64,000 nt of DNA from sequence record NC_014467.1; one strand, given 5' to 3'. The position numbers and the translations under genes were made by a program. Below are positions 35,920 through 45,141 of the stretch, piece by piece (position 1 is the first letter of the stretch; every line of letters begins with the position of its first letter). The DNA comes from Escherichia phage RB16. The notes below the pieces were generated by a model. It made no database searches and was not told the origin of the DNA. It worked only from the letters and a program-made list of their open reading frames with translations.

Positions 35920-38139
35920 TTACAGTTTAACTTCTTTTTCTTCCAGGACGATTTCGCAATCGAATGTTGCACCTTCCCAGAACTTATGCGGGATAATGTC
36001 AGTCGCTTTAACCGATACTTTGGTTTCTTCAAAATCCATATCCGCAAACCAGGCGTGGCCTACAACGATACCGTACATTACACGGCTCAGGCGCTTGTTC
36101 AGTGCGCGTACTTCGTTGATGGTTGCCTTTGTTTCTTTATCAAGGTACTCGATTACCTTATCCTTGTCAAGCGCTGCGAGTTCAGCTTTAACAGCATCGT
36201 AAGCCCACAGGATGATCAGGTCGCCGTTGTTCAGTTTCTTCTTACCTTCGGCACGTTTCGCAACGGTTGCCGCTACAGCAGGAAGGGAGGAAACACCCTT
36301 GATTTTCAGATTCAGTTCTTTCGACATATAAACATCAGTCGAATCGGTACGGGTTACTTTCGGGGAGAATCCATAATCACGAATACCCTGTTCAGATAAC
36401 CATTCACCAGCGGCTTCACCGTATTTCTGTTTCAGACCTTCGGCATTACGTAAACCGATCGCGTCGTCACGGAAGAACTTCATCACCTTCTGGCGACCTT
36501 TCAGGATTTCCAGACGGATAGAGTCGTTTACATACTCTTTACCGGAGATCCCGCGAGTCATCGCACGGTTAACCAGAGGCAGACTTGTAAAGTCAACCAG
36601 AACCGACATACGGTCTTCACCGATTTTTGCCAGCGGCTTGATGGTCAAACCAGAAGCGCGGAGGTTTTTCAGTGTCGGAATATCAGTTTCCAGAGGCAGA
36701 ACTTTAACGTTTACGATACCGTCTTTAACGATGGTAAAGTTACGCACCTGCTTAGTTTCGATCTGTTCAGGCAGTCCCAGTTCTTTCTGTTTGCTTTCTG
36801 GGATAGTTACGTAACCTTGCAGATCCGTGTTAATGGAAATGTTAGGACGTGAACTGTTGCCGACCAGATGTTTAACCGATACTTTGGTTGTTGTCTGGGT
36901 AAATTTCGGTGTCCAGATTTCGTGCGTTACCATTTGTGCGGCTAATGCTTTGCGTTCTTCCGGTGTTTTCGCATTTGCGATCTGTTCTGACAGTTGATCC
37001 AGAGTATCATCTTCTTTCTGTACTGTCTGACGGCCTGTACGGTTGTACGCCCAGTGTTCAGAAGACAGGTCGATCACTGTGTCAGTTTCTGCCAGCAGTT
37101 CTAGAGCATCAACCAGAGTGAATGCGTTTTCGTCTGGAACCATGTTGTAATCAACACCTTCAATCAGACGTTTACCCGCATCAACTACCGCTTCCGCGAT
37201 CAGGTCTTTGGCGTTGGAATAATCCTGCTTAGTAAAGCAGTTATCGTAAGCCTTAATCAGACGAACGTCACCGACTTTTTTCAGCACTTTCCATGCCAGA
37301 TCAGGGTTCATGGTATGAAGTGCATGATACAGAACCACGTACAGAACCTGTTCACCTTCCATCGTAGCTGGATCAAATCCGTCGATATCGTTGATTGCGT
37401 TATCACCCAGCGCCCAGATGTTTTTGATATGCTCAGGAACCAGCACAACACCGTTTGCAGCGTTCAGGACATACACGCGCCCTTCGTCAATGTAGATCGC
37501 ATGGGTAGCATCACCTACTTTAACTTCAATACGCGCTGATGTTTGAGCGGTAATGATTTCAGCAAATGCTGGCTCGTATGCGTCGAAACCTTCAACGAAT
37601 TTATGCAATGCGTTGGTTGCTTCTGCCATTTTTTCCAGCAGAGGACGGTTAACATAGTAACCATATTCCAGGAACGCAATGCTGTTAAACGTCAGAGGGA
37701 GAACCGCACACGCTTTCAGGATGTCATCGGTACGCCAGCAGTTATCATAACCATCCGTCAGGAAGATCAGGCTGTTCAGGTTGCCGTTTTCGGATTGCAG
37801 GTCAGTTGCAATCTCAGCAGCCAGATTCAGAGGTTCGACGAAACCAGTACAACCAGTAGGTTTCAGATAACGGTCGATCGCGGTGCAGATATTGGTCAGA
37901 TCCGATACGTTGCTAACCTTCTCACCACGGAACACAGTACCGTAATCGCCTTTGCTGGAGAAGTACAGGATCGAAACAGTATCATCCTGTTTAACCAGGC
38001 TTGCCAGATTCGCTTTCAGGTGCTTACGAATTTTCGGCAATTCGCTGTACATTGAACCGGAAACGTCGCAAACGAAAACGTGGTTGGTCGGAGTCGGTTT
38101 AGATACTGCATTTTTGAATTCGATATTTGTAATTGACAT
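35920..38139 (-). CDS. von Willebrand factor A (vWA) domain protein, 739 aa
   Basis: N-terminal MIDAS motif DVSGSM with downstream FLTDGYDN; C-terminal ~500 aa unassigned. Confidence 0.7.
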   Translation of the reverse strand: MSITNIEFKNAVSKPTPTNHVFVCDVSGSMYSELPKIRKHLKANLASLVKQDDTVSILYFSSKGDYGTVFRGEKVSNVSDLTNICTAIDRYLKPTGCTGFVEPLNLAAEIATDLQSENGNLNSLIFLTDGYDNCWRTDDILKACAVLPLTFNSIAFLEYGYYVNRPLLEKMAEATNALHKFVEGFDAYEPAFAEIITAQTSARIEVKVGDATHAIYIDEGRVYVLNAANGVVLVPEHIKNIWALGDNAINDIDGFDPATMEGEQVLYVVLYHALHTMNPDLAWKVLKKVGDVRLIKAYDNCFTKQDYSNAKDLIAEAVVDAGKRLIEGVDYNMVPDENAFTLVDALELLAETDTVIDLSSEHWAYNRTGRQTVQKEDDTLDQLSEQIANAKTPEERKALAAQMVTHEIWTPKFTQTTTKVSVKHLVGNSSRPNISINTDLQGYVTIPESKQKELGLPEQIETKQVRNFTIVKDGIVNVKVLPLETDIPTLKNLRASGLTIKPLAKIGEDRMSVLVDFTSLPLVNRAMTRGISGKEYVNDSIRLEILKGRQKVMKFFRDDAIGLRNAEGLKQKYGEAAGEWLSEQGIRDYGFSPKVTRTDSTDVYMSKELNLKIKGVSSLPAVAATVAKRAEGKKKLNNGDLIILWAYDAVKAELAALDKDKVIEYLDKETKATINEVRALNKRLSRVMYGIVVGHAWFADMDFEETKVSVKATDIIPHKFWEGATFDCEIVLEEKEVKL

Positions 38140-38149
38140 TTAAATTTTC

Positions 38150-38488
38150 TCAGTATTTGGTTGTTTTATGTGCGTTTAAAATGCTTTGGATTTTTTCGGA
38201 AATCGTTTGCTGGTCTGGTTCACATCCCAACTTACCGCCAATCGCCTTATAAAAATCTTCAACAGAGTTTACGTTAAAATCCTGCATATTGAAACCTAAA
38301 GAGTACATGTGTGGATTTTTGAATTCGTAAACATCTACATCATACTCGTTAAGGTCGAAACGTTCAATATATTTCTTCAAAGAAAATAAATCGAACGGTA
38401 GCGGGAGGTGCTGTTCAATCGTTACAGGTTCCCCCAGCTTATGCGCTTTTAGCGTTGCCGCTTTCGTGTACATCATTTCTTCTTTCAT
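38150..38488 (-). CDS. hypothetical protein (112 aa)
   Basis: ORF track. Confidence 0.45.
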   Translation of the reverse strand: MKEEMMYTKAATLKAHKLGEPVTIEQHLPLPFDLFSLKKYIERFDLNEYDVDVYEFKNPHMYSLGFNMQDFNVNSVEDFYKAIGGKLGCEPDQQTISEKIQSILNAHKTTKY

Positions 38489-39000
38489 CAGTGGTGACTC
38501 TTTGATGTATGTTCAAGGTTGCGGAAAATGTTACCATGTTCCAGTTGGGTTCCAATCGGGCCGCACTCGTCAGAGTACGTAAACTCGTAGATAAACACGC
38601 CGTTTTGATTCCCGTACTTCGTGTTGTATTCTTCATACAGCCACATCTTGATCAGAGCGTCTTTCTCTTCGGTTTCTAAATCGTACCAATCCCGACCATC
38701 ATATGCAAGTGCAATTTGCGGATTTGAACGATAACGGGTTTCCGCGCTGTCTTCGGTTTCCCAATCATAGCGCTTATCATCGTAATACGATTCAAAACTA
38801 TTACCCATATGACCGCCTAAGTCACGGTGAACGTGTTGAACAACTTCTTCGGATGTCAGCGGGGGATTGTAGTAACCGCAATTAGGGGAACATTCACCCA
38901 TCATTTCACGAAGGTTGTTGATATCAGTCGGATCTTTCGGGAACCGGACGATGAAACTACTTGATGAACTATTGCTTACAAAACCAGAACGAATTTTCAT
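38488..39000 (-). CDS. hypothetical protein with conserved N-terminal leader MKIRSGFVSNSSSSSF (paralog B)
   Basis: Leader identical to paralog A with 9 synonymous nucleotide differences in 48 nt. Confidence 0.55.
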   Translation of the reverse strand: MKIRSGFVSNSSSSSFIVRFPKDPTDINNLREMMGECSPNCGYYNPPLTSEEVVQHVHRDLGGHMGNSFESYYDDKRYDWETEDSAETRYRSNPQIALAYDGRDWYDLETEEKDALIKMWLYEEYNTKYGNQNGVFIYEFTYSDECGPIGTQLEHGNIFRNLEHTSKSHH

Positions 39001-39242
39001 TTCAACGCCTCGAATTTGATTTCTTTCAGTGATTGTGTGTGATTATAACAAACCACTCCGCGATGTGTTTTCTTTCCGGTAAATCCGTCGAATATGGTGA
39101 CATAATAATGATAGCAACAATCATCAAGAGGATTGTTTCTGATATAGTCTAACACAACGTCTAACGATACGGTAGAGCATACACAGTCAGATTCATTGTC
39201 ACGACCATCATAGAAATCTTTTTCAATACTATAAATTTTCAC
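38997..39242 (-). CDS. hypothetical protein (81 aa)
   Basis: ORF track. Confidence 0.4.
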   Translation of the reverse strand: MKIYSIEKDFYDGRDNESDCVCSTVSLDVVLDYIRNNPLDDCCYHYYVTIFDGFTGKKTHRGVVCYNHTQSLKEIKFEALK

Positions 39243-39481
39243 GATATTTTGCCTTTTCTTTCAGATTTGAGAACGATGTTACTGTAAGGATCCTTTGCTA
39301 CCAGTTCCCACAGGTCGCCAGGATGTTCCCCGCTACGGTAAACAGATGAACGAATGATTTCGTTAAACTTGATCAATGCTTCGTCGATGTCATCATAGCC
39401 ACGTTTCAGAGGCTTACGGTTGCGACGGATGAAGAACATTTCTTTGGTCTTCTCCCAGCGTTCAGAGTTTTTAACCTTCAT
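39239..39481 (-). CDS. hypothetical protein (80 aa)
   Basis: ORF track. Confidence 0.4.
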   Translation of the reverse strand: MKVKNSERWEKTKEMFFIRRNRKPLKRGYDDIDEALIKFNEIIRSSVYRSGEHPGDLWELVAKDPYSNIVLKSERKGKIS

Positions 39482-39770
39482 TGACCTGCCTCATGTTAGC
39501 CATGATTTCTTCAAAAGTCACGGGAATTTCTTTATACTGTTGTGATTCTTCATCCCATACATCGCGATACCCGTATGTTGAACTTTTTGCAATACGTTTT
39601 TCATTTTCCCAAACATCAATAGTAATGTTGTCACCAAGATAAGGAAAATTGTCAACTTTGTTTAAAGCGTCAATACAATTTTGTAACGATTCAGAAACAT
39701 GAACAATTTCAGTGAATTCATAATCGGCACTATAAGAAGAAACGTAAATCATAAAACCCGCACCCACCAA
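39471..39770 (-). CDS. hypothetical protein (99 aa)
   Basis: ORF track. Confidence 0.4.
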   Translation of the reverse strand: MVGAGFMIYVSSYSADYEFTEIVHVSESLQNCIDALNKVDNFPYLGDNITIDVWENEKRIAKSSTYGYRDVWDEESQQYKEIPVTFEEIMANMRQVNEG

Positions 39771-39940
39771 ATAAGGTCAGTAATTACGTCATAGATCATG
39801 AGTGGGAACACTGTAAGAATAATACCCATAACGAACACGGTTCCCCACAACCCCAAACTTTTACGAATAGATAACGCGTATCCAAAAACAACAATCATTC
39901 CTACTACTGCAATGATCAACATAATGATAGATGCAACCAT
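39749..39940 (-). CDS. small membrane protein (63 aa)
   Basis: Two hydrophobic helices. Confidence 0.45.
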   Translation of the reverse strand: MVASIIMLIIAVVGMIVVFGYALSIRKSLGLWGTVFVMGIILTVFPLMIYDVITDLIWWVRVL

Positions 39941-39981
39941 AATATAACCCTCACGAAAAGCCCCTTTCGGGGCTTGATTAA

Positions 39982-40269
39982 TCAGTGTCCGAAGATGTGT
40001 TTAACAGACTCAGCGAAAGCGTAGAACACTGGATTGTTTTCTTTCAACATCGCTTCCGATTTCAGAAGGTAATCGCTTTTGAACTTAGTACCGAACAGGC
40101 AGTAAGAAAACGATTTGTCCCAGTAAAAGCAGTTATAACCACCATCAACAAATCTCACTTCAACCAACAAATAACCCACATCTTCCGGTTTGGTATTTGA
40201 ATAATCTTTCAGAAGGTTAGCACTTGCTACTTTGTATGCGTTACCAGCAACCAAATCGTTATAAGTCAT
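39982..40269 (-). CDS. hypothetical protein (95 aa)
   Basis: ORF track; hairpin upstream. Confidence 0.45.
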   Translation of the reverse strand: MTYNDLVAGNAYKVASANLLKDYSNTKPEDVGYLLVEVRFVDGGYNCFYWDKSFSYCLFGTKFKSDYLLKSEAMLKENNPVFYAFAESVKHIFGH

Positions 40270-40319
40270 GATGTGTTCCTTTTCAGTTTCGTTTCGATAA
40301 AGCTAAGGTATCACTGTTC

Positions 40320-40751
40320 TTACGAAGATGCAAACACTTTTTTGAAGAATTTTGTTTCCGGTCTTTCTTTGTATGGACGCATGGTCAATTCTTTACCATC
40401 CAACACAATTGGTTCTCCGTTCAGTTCGATCAGGATAAAGTTGCCTTTGCGATACTTCAACACACCCTGGCTTGCCGACCATTCATCATTATCCCAGTGG
40501 TTATAATGCCACTCAACAACGGTATCGATTGGTATTTCTGGTTGATTTCTCATAGCTTTCCTTCGTTCTGATGCTTCTTTCAATTGTCGTATTTGTGGGA
40601 TCAACTGTTGTGGTGGAACAGTATCTGCTTGTTTCAGTGCCTTTCGAGCTTGTTCAACAAACCATTCATATTTCGGACGGTGTTTAAGTTGTTCACGCAG
40701 TCGGGCATTCTCTTGTTCGGCAATACTTGCACGTTTTCTATAATCAGTCAT
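40320..40751 (-). CDS. hypothetical protein (~143 aa)
   Basis: Start at MTDYRK after GAGG RBS. Confidence 0.45.
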   Translation of the reverse strand: MTDYRKRASIAEQENARLREQLKHRPKYEWFVEQARKALKQADTVPPQQLIPQIRQLKEASERRKAMRNQPEIPIDTVVEWHYNHWDNDEWSASQGVLKYRKGNFILIELNGEPIVLDGKELTMRPYKERPETKFFKKVFASS

Positions 40752-40758
40752 ATAAACC

Positions 40759-41013
40759 TCAAAAAATATGCGTAAGGTTTCCGGCGTTGTTCGGGTATTC
40801 CACGTAATCGCCACGGAATATGTTTAGATCGGAATCGAACTTAAATCCTTGACCCCTGACATCCTCATGACGGGAAATATAAGAACATCCGTACTTTTGT
40901 AGATCTTCCATGTACATTTCAGTGATGCGTTTTGCTTTGTCCATTCCCCGACCTTCAAATCGGGAACGGCGATAATGTTCCAGCAAAAACGCATATAACT
41001 TTTCGTATGTCAC
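40759..41013 (-). CDS. hypothetical protein (84 aa)
   Basis: ORF track. Confidence 0.4.
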   Translation of the reverse strand: MTYEKLYAFLLEHYRRSRFEGRGMDKAKRITEMYMEDLQKYGCSYISRHEDVRGQGFKFDSDLNIFRGDYVEYPNNAGNLTHIF

Positions 41014-41918
41014 AGAACTTTCCTTATCTGTTTGGCTATTGCCTCGATAACTGGCACGGAAACGGAGTTACCCGCTTGCTTGTATGCTTGTTTTTTACTC
41101 GATGGAATAATAAACGAATCTGGGAAGCCTTGCAAGCGAAAACATTCACGCGGGGTTAATCGTCGTGGGTTCTTCCCGTCCTGCAACACCAGACATTGAA
41201 CGCCGTCCTTGTAATATTGCGCGGTGATGGTTCCTGTGTGCGTAGAATCGGCTGTGACGGCCTGATAACCAAAGCCCTTACCGTTTGCCTTATTTCGTTC
41301 CTTACGCTCTCTAAAGCCTTTCCACGCGTTATCTGATAGAGTGTACGAATCATCAGCATCTTCGAGGATATCACCTACGCGCGTAGGGGTACGCGGGGGA
41401 ACCGGAAACGAAAAGAATACATCATCCAGGAAGCAGACAATGAACACGCGTTCACGTCGCTGGGGTAGTCCGAAATCTTTTGTATTCAGTCGCTGATAGA
41501 ATACGTTGTATCCTTCGGCCTCAAGAAGCCCGTAAATCGTTTTAAACGTCTTTCCCTTGTCATGGGTTAGCAATTCAGGCACGTTCTCAAAGAACAGCAC
41601 ACGGGGCTTTTTAGCGCGTATGATGCGGAGGATTTCAAAGAACACCGTACCGCGAGCATCATCAAATCCCAGTTTCAATCCGGCTTTACTGAATGCCTGA
41701 CACGGGAACCCAGCCAACAGGATATCGTGATCGGGTACTTTGTTTTCATCAATGGCAAACAGATCACCCTGTAGGTTATCGTCGCCCCAGTTTTCAATAT
41801 AGGTTTGCTGTGCGTGTTTGTCGATCTCAGACGTTAAAAGGCATTCGACCCCGCCGAATGCATTATCAAATCCAAATCGAACTCCACCAACGCCAGCGCA
41901 GAGGTCAATTATTTTCAT
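41010..41918 (-). CDS. DNA (cytosine-5)-methyltransferase
   Basis: Motif I DLCAGVGG, motif IV GFPCQAFS, ENV motif. Confidence 0.85.
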   Translation of the reverse strand: MKIIDLCAGVGGVRFGFDNAFGGVECLLTSEIDKHAQQTYIENWGDDNLQGDLFAIDENKVPDHDILLAGFPCQAFSKAGLKLGFDDARGTVFFEILRIIRAKKPRVLFFENVPELLTHDKGKTFKTIYGLLEAEGYNVFYQRLNTKDFGLPQRRERVFIVCFLDDVFFSFPVPPRTPTRVGDILEDADDSYTLSDNAWKGFRERKERNKANGKGFGYQAVTADSTHTGTITAQYYKDGVQCLVLQDGKNPRRLTPRECFRLQGFPDSFIIPSSKKQAYKQAGNSVSVPVIEAIAKQIRKVL

Positions 41919-42178
41919 GCGTCGAAATCTATCTCGTCAATTTTGTAAGACTGTTCATCGATATCAGCCCACAGGGTGACTTTAACCGTTTTGCGGTCTT
42001 CGTACATGTCACGACCATCATAGCCGCCTACGTATTCGCTGTGCGTCTGTTCATCCACTTCCAAACGCAGACTATCGCGCATGATTTGGACAACAGCCTG
42101 TTCCATCGTAACAGAATCTGGGTGTTGTTCTGTGCCACCAACTCGAACATCTTTCAGGTGTAAAATAATATCAGACAT
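41915..42178 (-). CDS. hypothetical acidic protein (87 aa)
   Basis: ORF track. Confidence 0.4.
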   Translation of the reverse strand: MSDIILHLKDVRVGGTEQHPDSVTMEQAVVQIMRDSLRLEVDEQTHSEYVGGYDGRDMYEDRKTVKVTLWADIDEQSYKIDEIDFDA

Positions 42179-42447
42179 CAGTTGCTACCCCACGTATAAA
42201 AATCAAATTTTTCGGTTTGCGCTTCTTCAACACGGATCACGTAATCACTGGTATCGTATTTGTCAGCGGTACGGAATTCAACCGAATACACACGAGCAAA
42301 CACAGCATAAAGCGCTTCGCGGATTTTCTCTGCGATCTCTTCATCGGTCTTATCGATATGCAACGTAAGCATATCGGAAACCACATCTTCAACGCGACGA
42401 ACATCACGCTTATCAATGTAACCAGTGTATAAATTTACTTCTTTCAT
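42178..42447 (-). CDS. hypothetical protein (89 aa)
   Basis: ORF track. Confidence 0.4.
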   Translation of the reverse strand: MKEVNLYTGYIDKRDVRRVEDVVSDMLTLHIDKTDEEIAEKIREALYAVFARVYSVEFRTADKYDTSDYVIRVEEAQTEKFDFYTWGSN

Positions 42448-43442
42448 TTGTAATACCTCATAACATGATCTTTGTACACGAGTTCAATGAAGTTATCCCA
42501 GAACTCGCGATCGACTTCTTTCGGATAGGTAGAGATTGCAGCCAGGCGTTCAACTTCACCCATCACTTCCTCCAGTTTTTCCTGTACTTCGGCAAACGGG
42601 ACATTACCAGCTTTAACCGATTTCAACAGGTCACTCTCAGGAAGAGGATAAACGATATCACCGTGCTTGTAAATCTGTACCAACTGCATACCGCCGCGCA
42701 ATGCGTGACTTAATGCTTTCCAATCGATCCCATTGTTGGCTTCTGCTTGTCGTGCGCGTTCGCCATATTCATCCCAGAGCTTATACACGGATTTCTTCAT
42801 TTCCGCTACGGTGATTGTGAACTGGAATTTACGACCCAGAACTTCGTAGAAATTCTGCATACCACCTTTTTCGCTATAATGCAAAATAGAACGACAGAAT
42901 TCATTGGTCGGTAGTTGGTCTTTGATGTCGCCAACTTTGGTATTAACCAACGATGAAGCGTTTTCATCGTAATGTGCATTATCGGTGTCTTGCAACACGT
43001 CATACACTTCACGCAATGCAGCCAGGCGTGAACCCTTAACGCCATATTTCGCGGCTTGCTTACGAACATAACCGAACAGACCAGTTAACTCCGTGGTGTA
43101 GAAACGCCAGCGGTTAGCGCGGATATACTGCCAGATTTCAGAGTTAGCGATCAGCTTGCTATCATCAGCATGAAGCATATCGAGCGCTACGGTATCACCA
43201 TCACACGCAAGGCTGATGAACTTAGGCAGACTATACAACTGACGGTCTACGTCATCAACGGTGTTTTTAGAGTTCTTATCGCCCGTGCTCGTGTCGATGG
43301 TCTTTGGGGCTTTACCCAGTAAGATATCGCGTGGATGCGGGAGAAAGATCCCTTTATAATCTTTGTCGCTTGTCGGGGTGTTCAGTCCGTACAAAAAACT
43401 TCCAAACACCATTTCAACTACGGTTTTCATAAAATTCTCCAA
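42444..43442 (-). CDS. Pol-beta-superfamily nucleotidyltransferase (GS-x10-DxD), 332 aa
   Basis: N-terminal FGSFLYGLNTPTSDKDYKGIF matches the minimal nucleotidyltransferase signature. Confidence 0.6.
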   Translation of the reverse strand: MENFMKTVVEMVFGSFLYGLNTPTSDKDYKGIFLPHPRDILLGKAPKTIDTSTGDKNSKNTVDDVDRQLYSLPKFISLACDGDTVALDMLHADDSKLIANSEIWQYIRANRWRFYTTELTGLFGYVRKQAAKYGVKGSRLAALREVYDVLQDTDNAHYDENASSLVNTKVGDIKDQLPTNEFCRSILHYSEKGGMQNFYEVLGRKFQFTITVAEMKKSVYKLWDEYGERARQAEANNGIDWKALSHALRGGMQLVQIYKHGDIVYPLPESDLLKSVKAGNVPFAEVQEKLEEVMGEVERLAAISTYPKEVDREFWDNFIELVYKDHVMRYYK

Positions 43443-43947
43443 ATAATTCTTTCGCTTTCGCTTCGTATACTACACTAGCTTCTTCTGGCGTGGCAAACCT
43501 ACCCAAAAACATATCTTTGCGGTTATGTTTGATTTTAGCTATCCATTTATCACGAGCATTGTCGAAATAGACCCCCTTATAGCCAGATTTATTGGTTTTC
43601 GGAGTTTTTGCTTTCATCGTGTTCTGCTGTTGCGTTACTTCCTGTAGGTTATCTTTGCCATTACCGTTCCCGACCCCGCGTTTATGGTCAACGATAGCGG
43701 GAAGATACCCGTTAGCAACATAGAAAACAATTCGATGAACATAGTACGACTTGCCGTTATATCCTATTGCAGTGTATCCAAATGAATTCGTACTACCCGC
43801 AATACTTCCTACTGTAGCCCTACTACCCCTGTGAACTTTCCAATAACACAACCCTGTGTCAACATCAACCCGAAGAATTTCTAACAATGAATCTATTTCG
43901 CTGCGTTCATCTTCTAGCGTTCTTTTCCACCGTCCGTGGCATTTCAT
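43414..43947 (-). CDS. HNH-AP2 homing endonuclease (paralog 5)
   Basis: HNH motif (VDHKRGVGNGNGKDNL...QQQN) + AP2-like (YKGVYFDNARDKWIAKI). Confidence 0.8.
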   Translation of the reverse strand: MKCHGRWKRTLEDERSEIDSLLEILRVDVDTGLCYWKVHRGSRATVGSIAGSTNSFGYTAIGYNGKSYYVHRIVFYVANGYLPAIVDHKRGVGNGNGKDNLQEVTQQQNTMKAKTPKTNKSGYKGVYFDNARDKWIAKIKHNRKDMFLGRFATPEEASVVYEAKAKELFGEFYENRS

Positions 43948-44336
43948 TCTTCAATTCCCAAGATAGCAGCAATTGCTTTCAGGTTTTCGGTAGTGATTTC
44001 GGGAACATTCACAGTGTATGAATTACCGAACATAGGCTGAATTTTAGCACACAATTCTTTACGATACATCATTTCTTTATAATGTTCTTCACTGCGATAG
44101 ACAGTGTACCCCATCCATCCATCGGTTCGTCCAAATGTGCGGTCAATCTTTTCATTGGTGTACGATTTCGGATCGAAGGTTTCAGAAGTTGACGCATAGA
44201 TGTATTTTCTTGCTACTTTATGCACATACAGTGTGCGCGGTTTTCTGTTCTGTCTTGTATCAGAACGAATACCGCAATCATAAAGGGTATCGCCCACTTT
44301 CACATCAGATAAATTTCTCATTTCATTTTCCAACAC
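43944..44336 (-). CDS. hypothetical protein (130 aa)
   Basis: ORF track. Confidence 0.45.
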   Translation of the reverse strand: MLENEMRNLSDVKVGDTLYDCGIRSDTRQNRKPRTLYVHKVARKYIYASTSETFDPKSYTNEKIDRTFGRTDGWMGYTVYRSEEHYKEMMYRKELCAKIQPMFGNSYTVNVPEITTENLKAIAAILGIEE

Positions 44337-44569
44337 TTTTTCTTTTCACAATAAAACACAGGGAGTTTAGACAATACCGGAGTAATGACATTCTCACCAG
44401 TTTTCGTATTATGCACCAGTTCGATAGTAAGTGATTTACCCATCGCAGATTTGACAATATCCAGTTTCAGGATCTCACGATTACCCTTTGTATTGATTTC
44501 CGCAACATAATAATCATTACCGTTGATGTTAATAACATCACCCATCAAAACGCTTCTGGCATGTTTCAT
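44318..44569 (-). CDS. hypothetical protein (83 aa)
   Basis: ORF track. Confidence 0.4.
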   Translation of the reverse strand: MKHARSVLMGDVININGNDYYVAEINTKGNREILKLDIVKSAMGKSLTIELVHNTKTGENVITPVLSKLPVFYCEKKKCWKMK

Positions 44570-45141
44570 TTAAACGTCACCTTCGTATACAGCGAGGACA
44601 TCAAAGAACGGTCAACACCGTCAATAACAATCATACCCTGGTACGCGTCTTTGTCTTTGCGGGAGTACATACGACACAGCAGCGAACCATCTTTTGCGAT
44701 GTATTCAACCTGGTATGTGCGACGTTCTGTTTTCAGAATATCACCAATAGCAACCGGACGTTCTACCTTTTCCCGTTTGTTCAGTGAAAATGACAACACA
44801 TTATTTCCATCTACATCAACCGTTTTATCTTTTGCCGCACAATCACGGCTATCAATGCTATGGATGTTAACTGAATACACGCTATCAGAAAGCAGCCTAT
44901 GATCATCACCTGAACCAATTGTCGCGATGATGGTCGATCCAGTCGTGCTGCGATTGTCAGACACAAACACATACACAGTGAACGGTACACCGAGTTTAAT
45001 ATCTTTCGCAACAGATTGAACAGTGAACGGTTCTTTGAACCCGCGAGATAGTGAGTGATTAATAAAAACGCCATCACCAGGGATCAGAGCGCGACGAACA
45101 ATTTTGGTTTCTTCGGTTTTGATAAATGCAGTTTTGTTCAT
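44566..45141 (-). CDS. hypothetical protein (191 aa)
   Basis: ORF track. Confidence 0.5.
   Translation of the reverse strand: MNKTAFIKTEETKIVRRALIPGDGVFINHSLSRGFKEPFTVQSVAKDIKLGVPFTVYVFVSDNRSTTGSTIIATIGSGDDHRLLSDSVYSVNIHSIDSRDCAAKDKTVDVDGNNVLSFSLNKREKVERPVAIGDILKTERRTYQVEYIAKDGSLLCRMYSRKDKDAYQGMIVIDGVDRSLMSSLYTKVTFK

Noticed and set aside
35848-38143. Plus-strand ORFs opposite the vWA gene (35848..36399, 37543..38055 and others)
   Set aside because: Antisense to a 739-aa ORF with a recognisable vWA domain; Cys/Phe-rich low-complexity translations typical of antisense frames.
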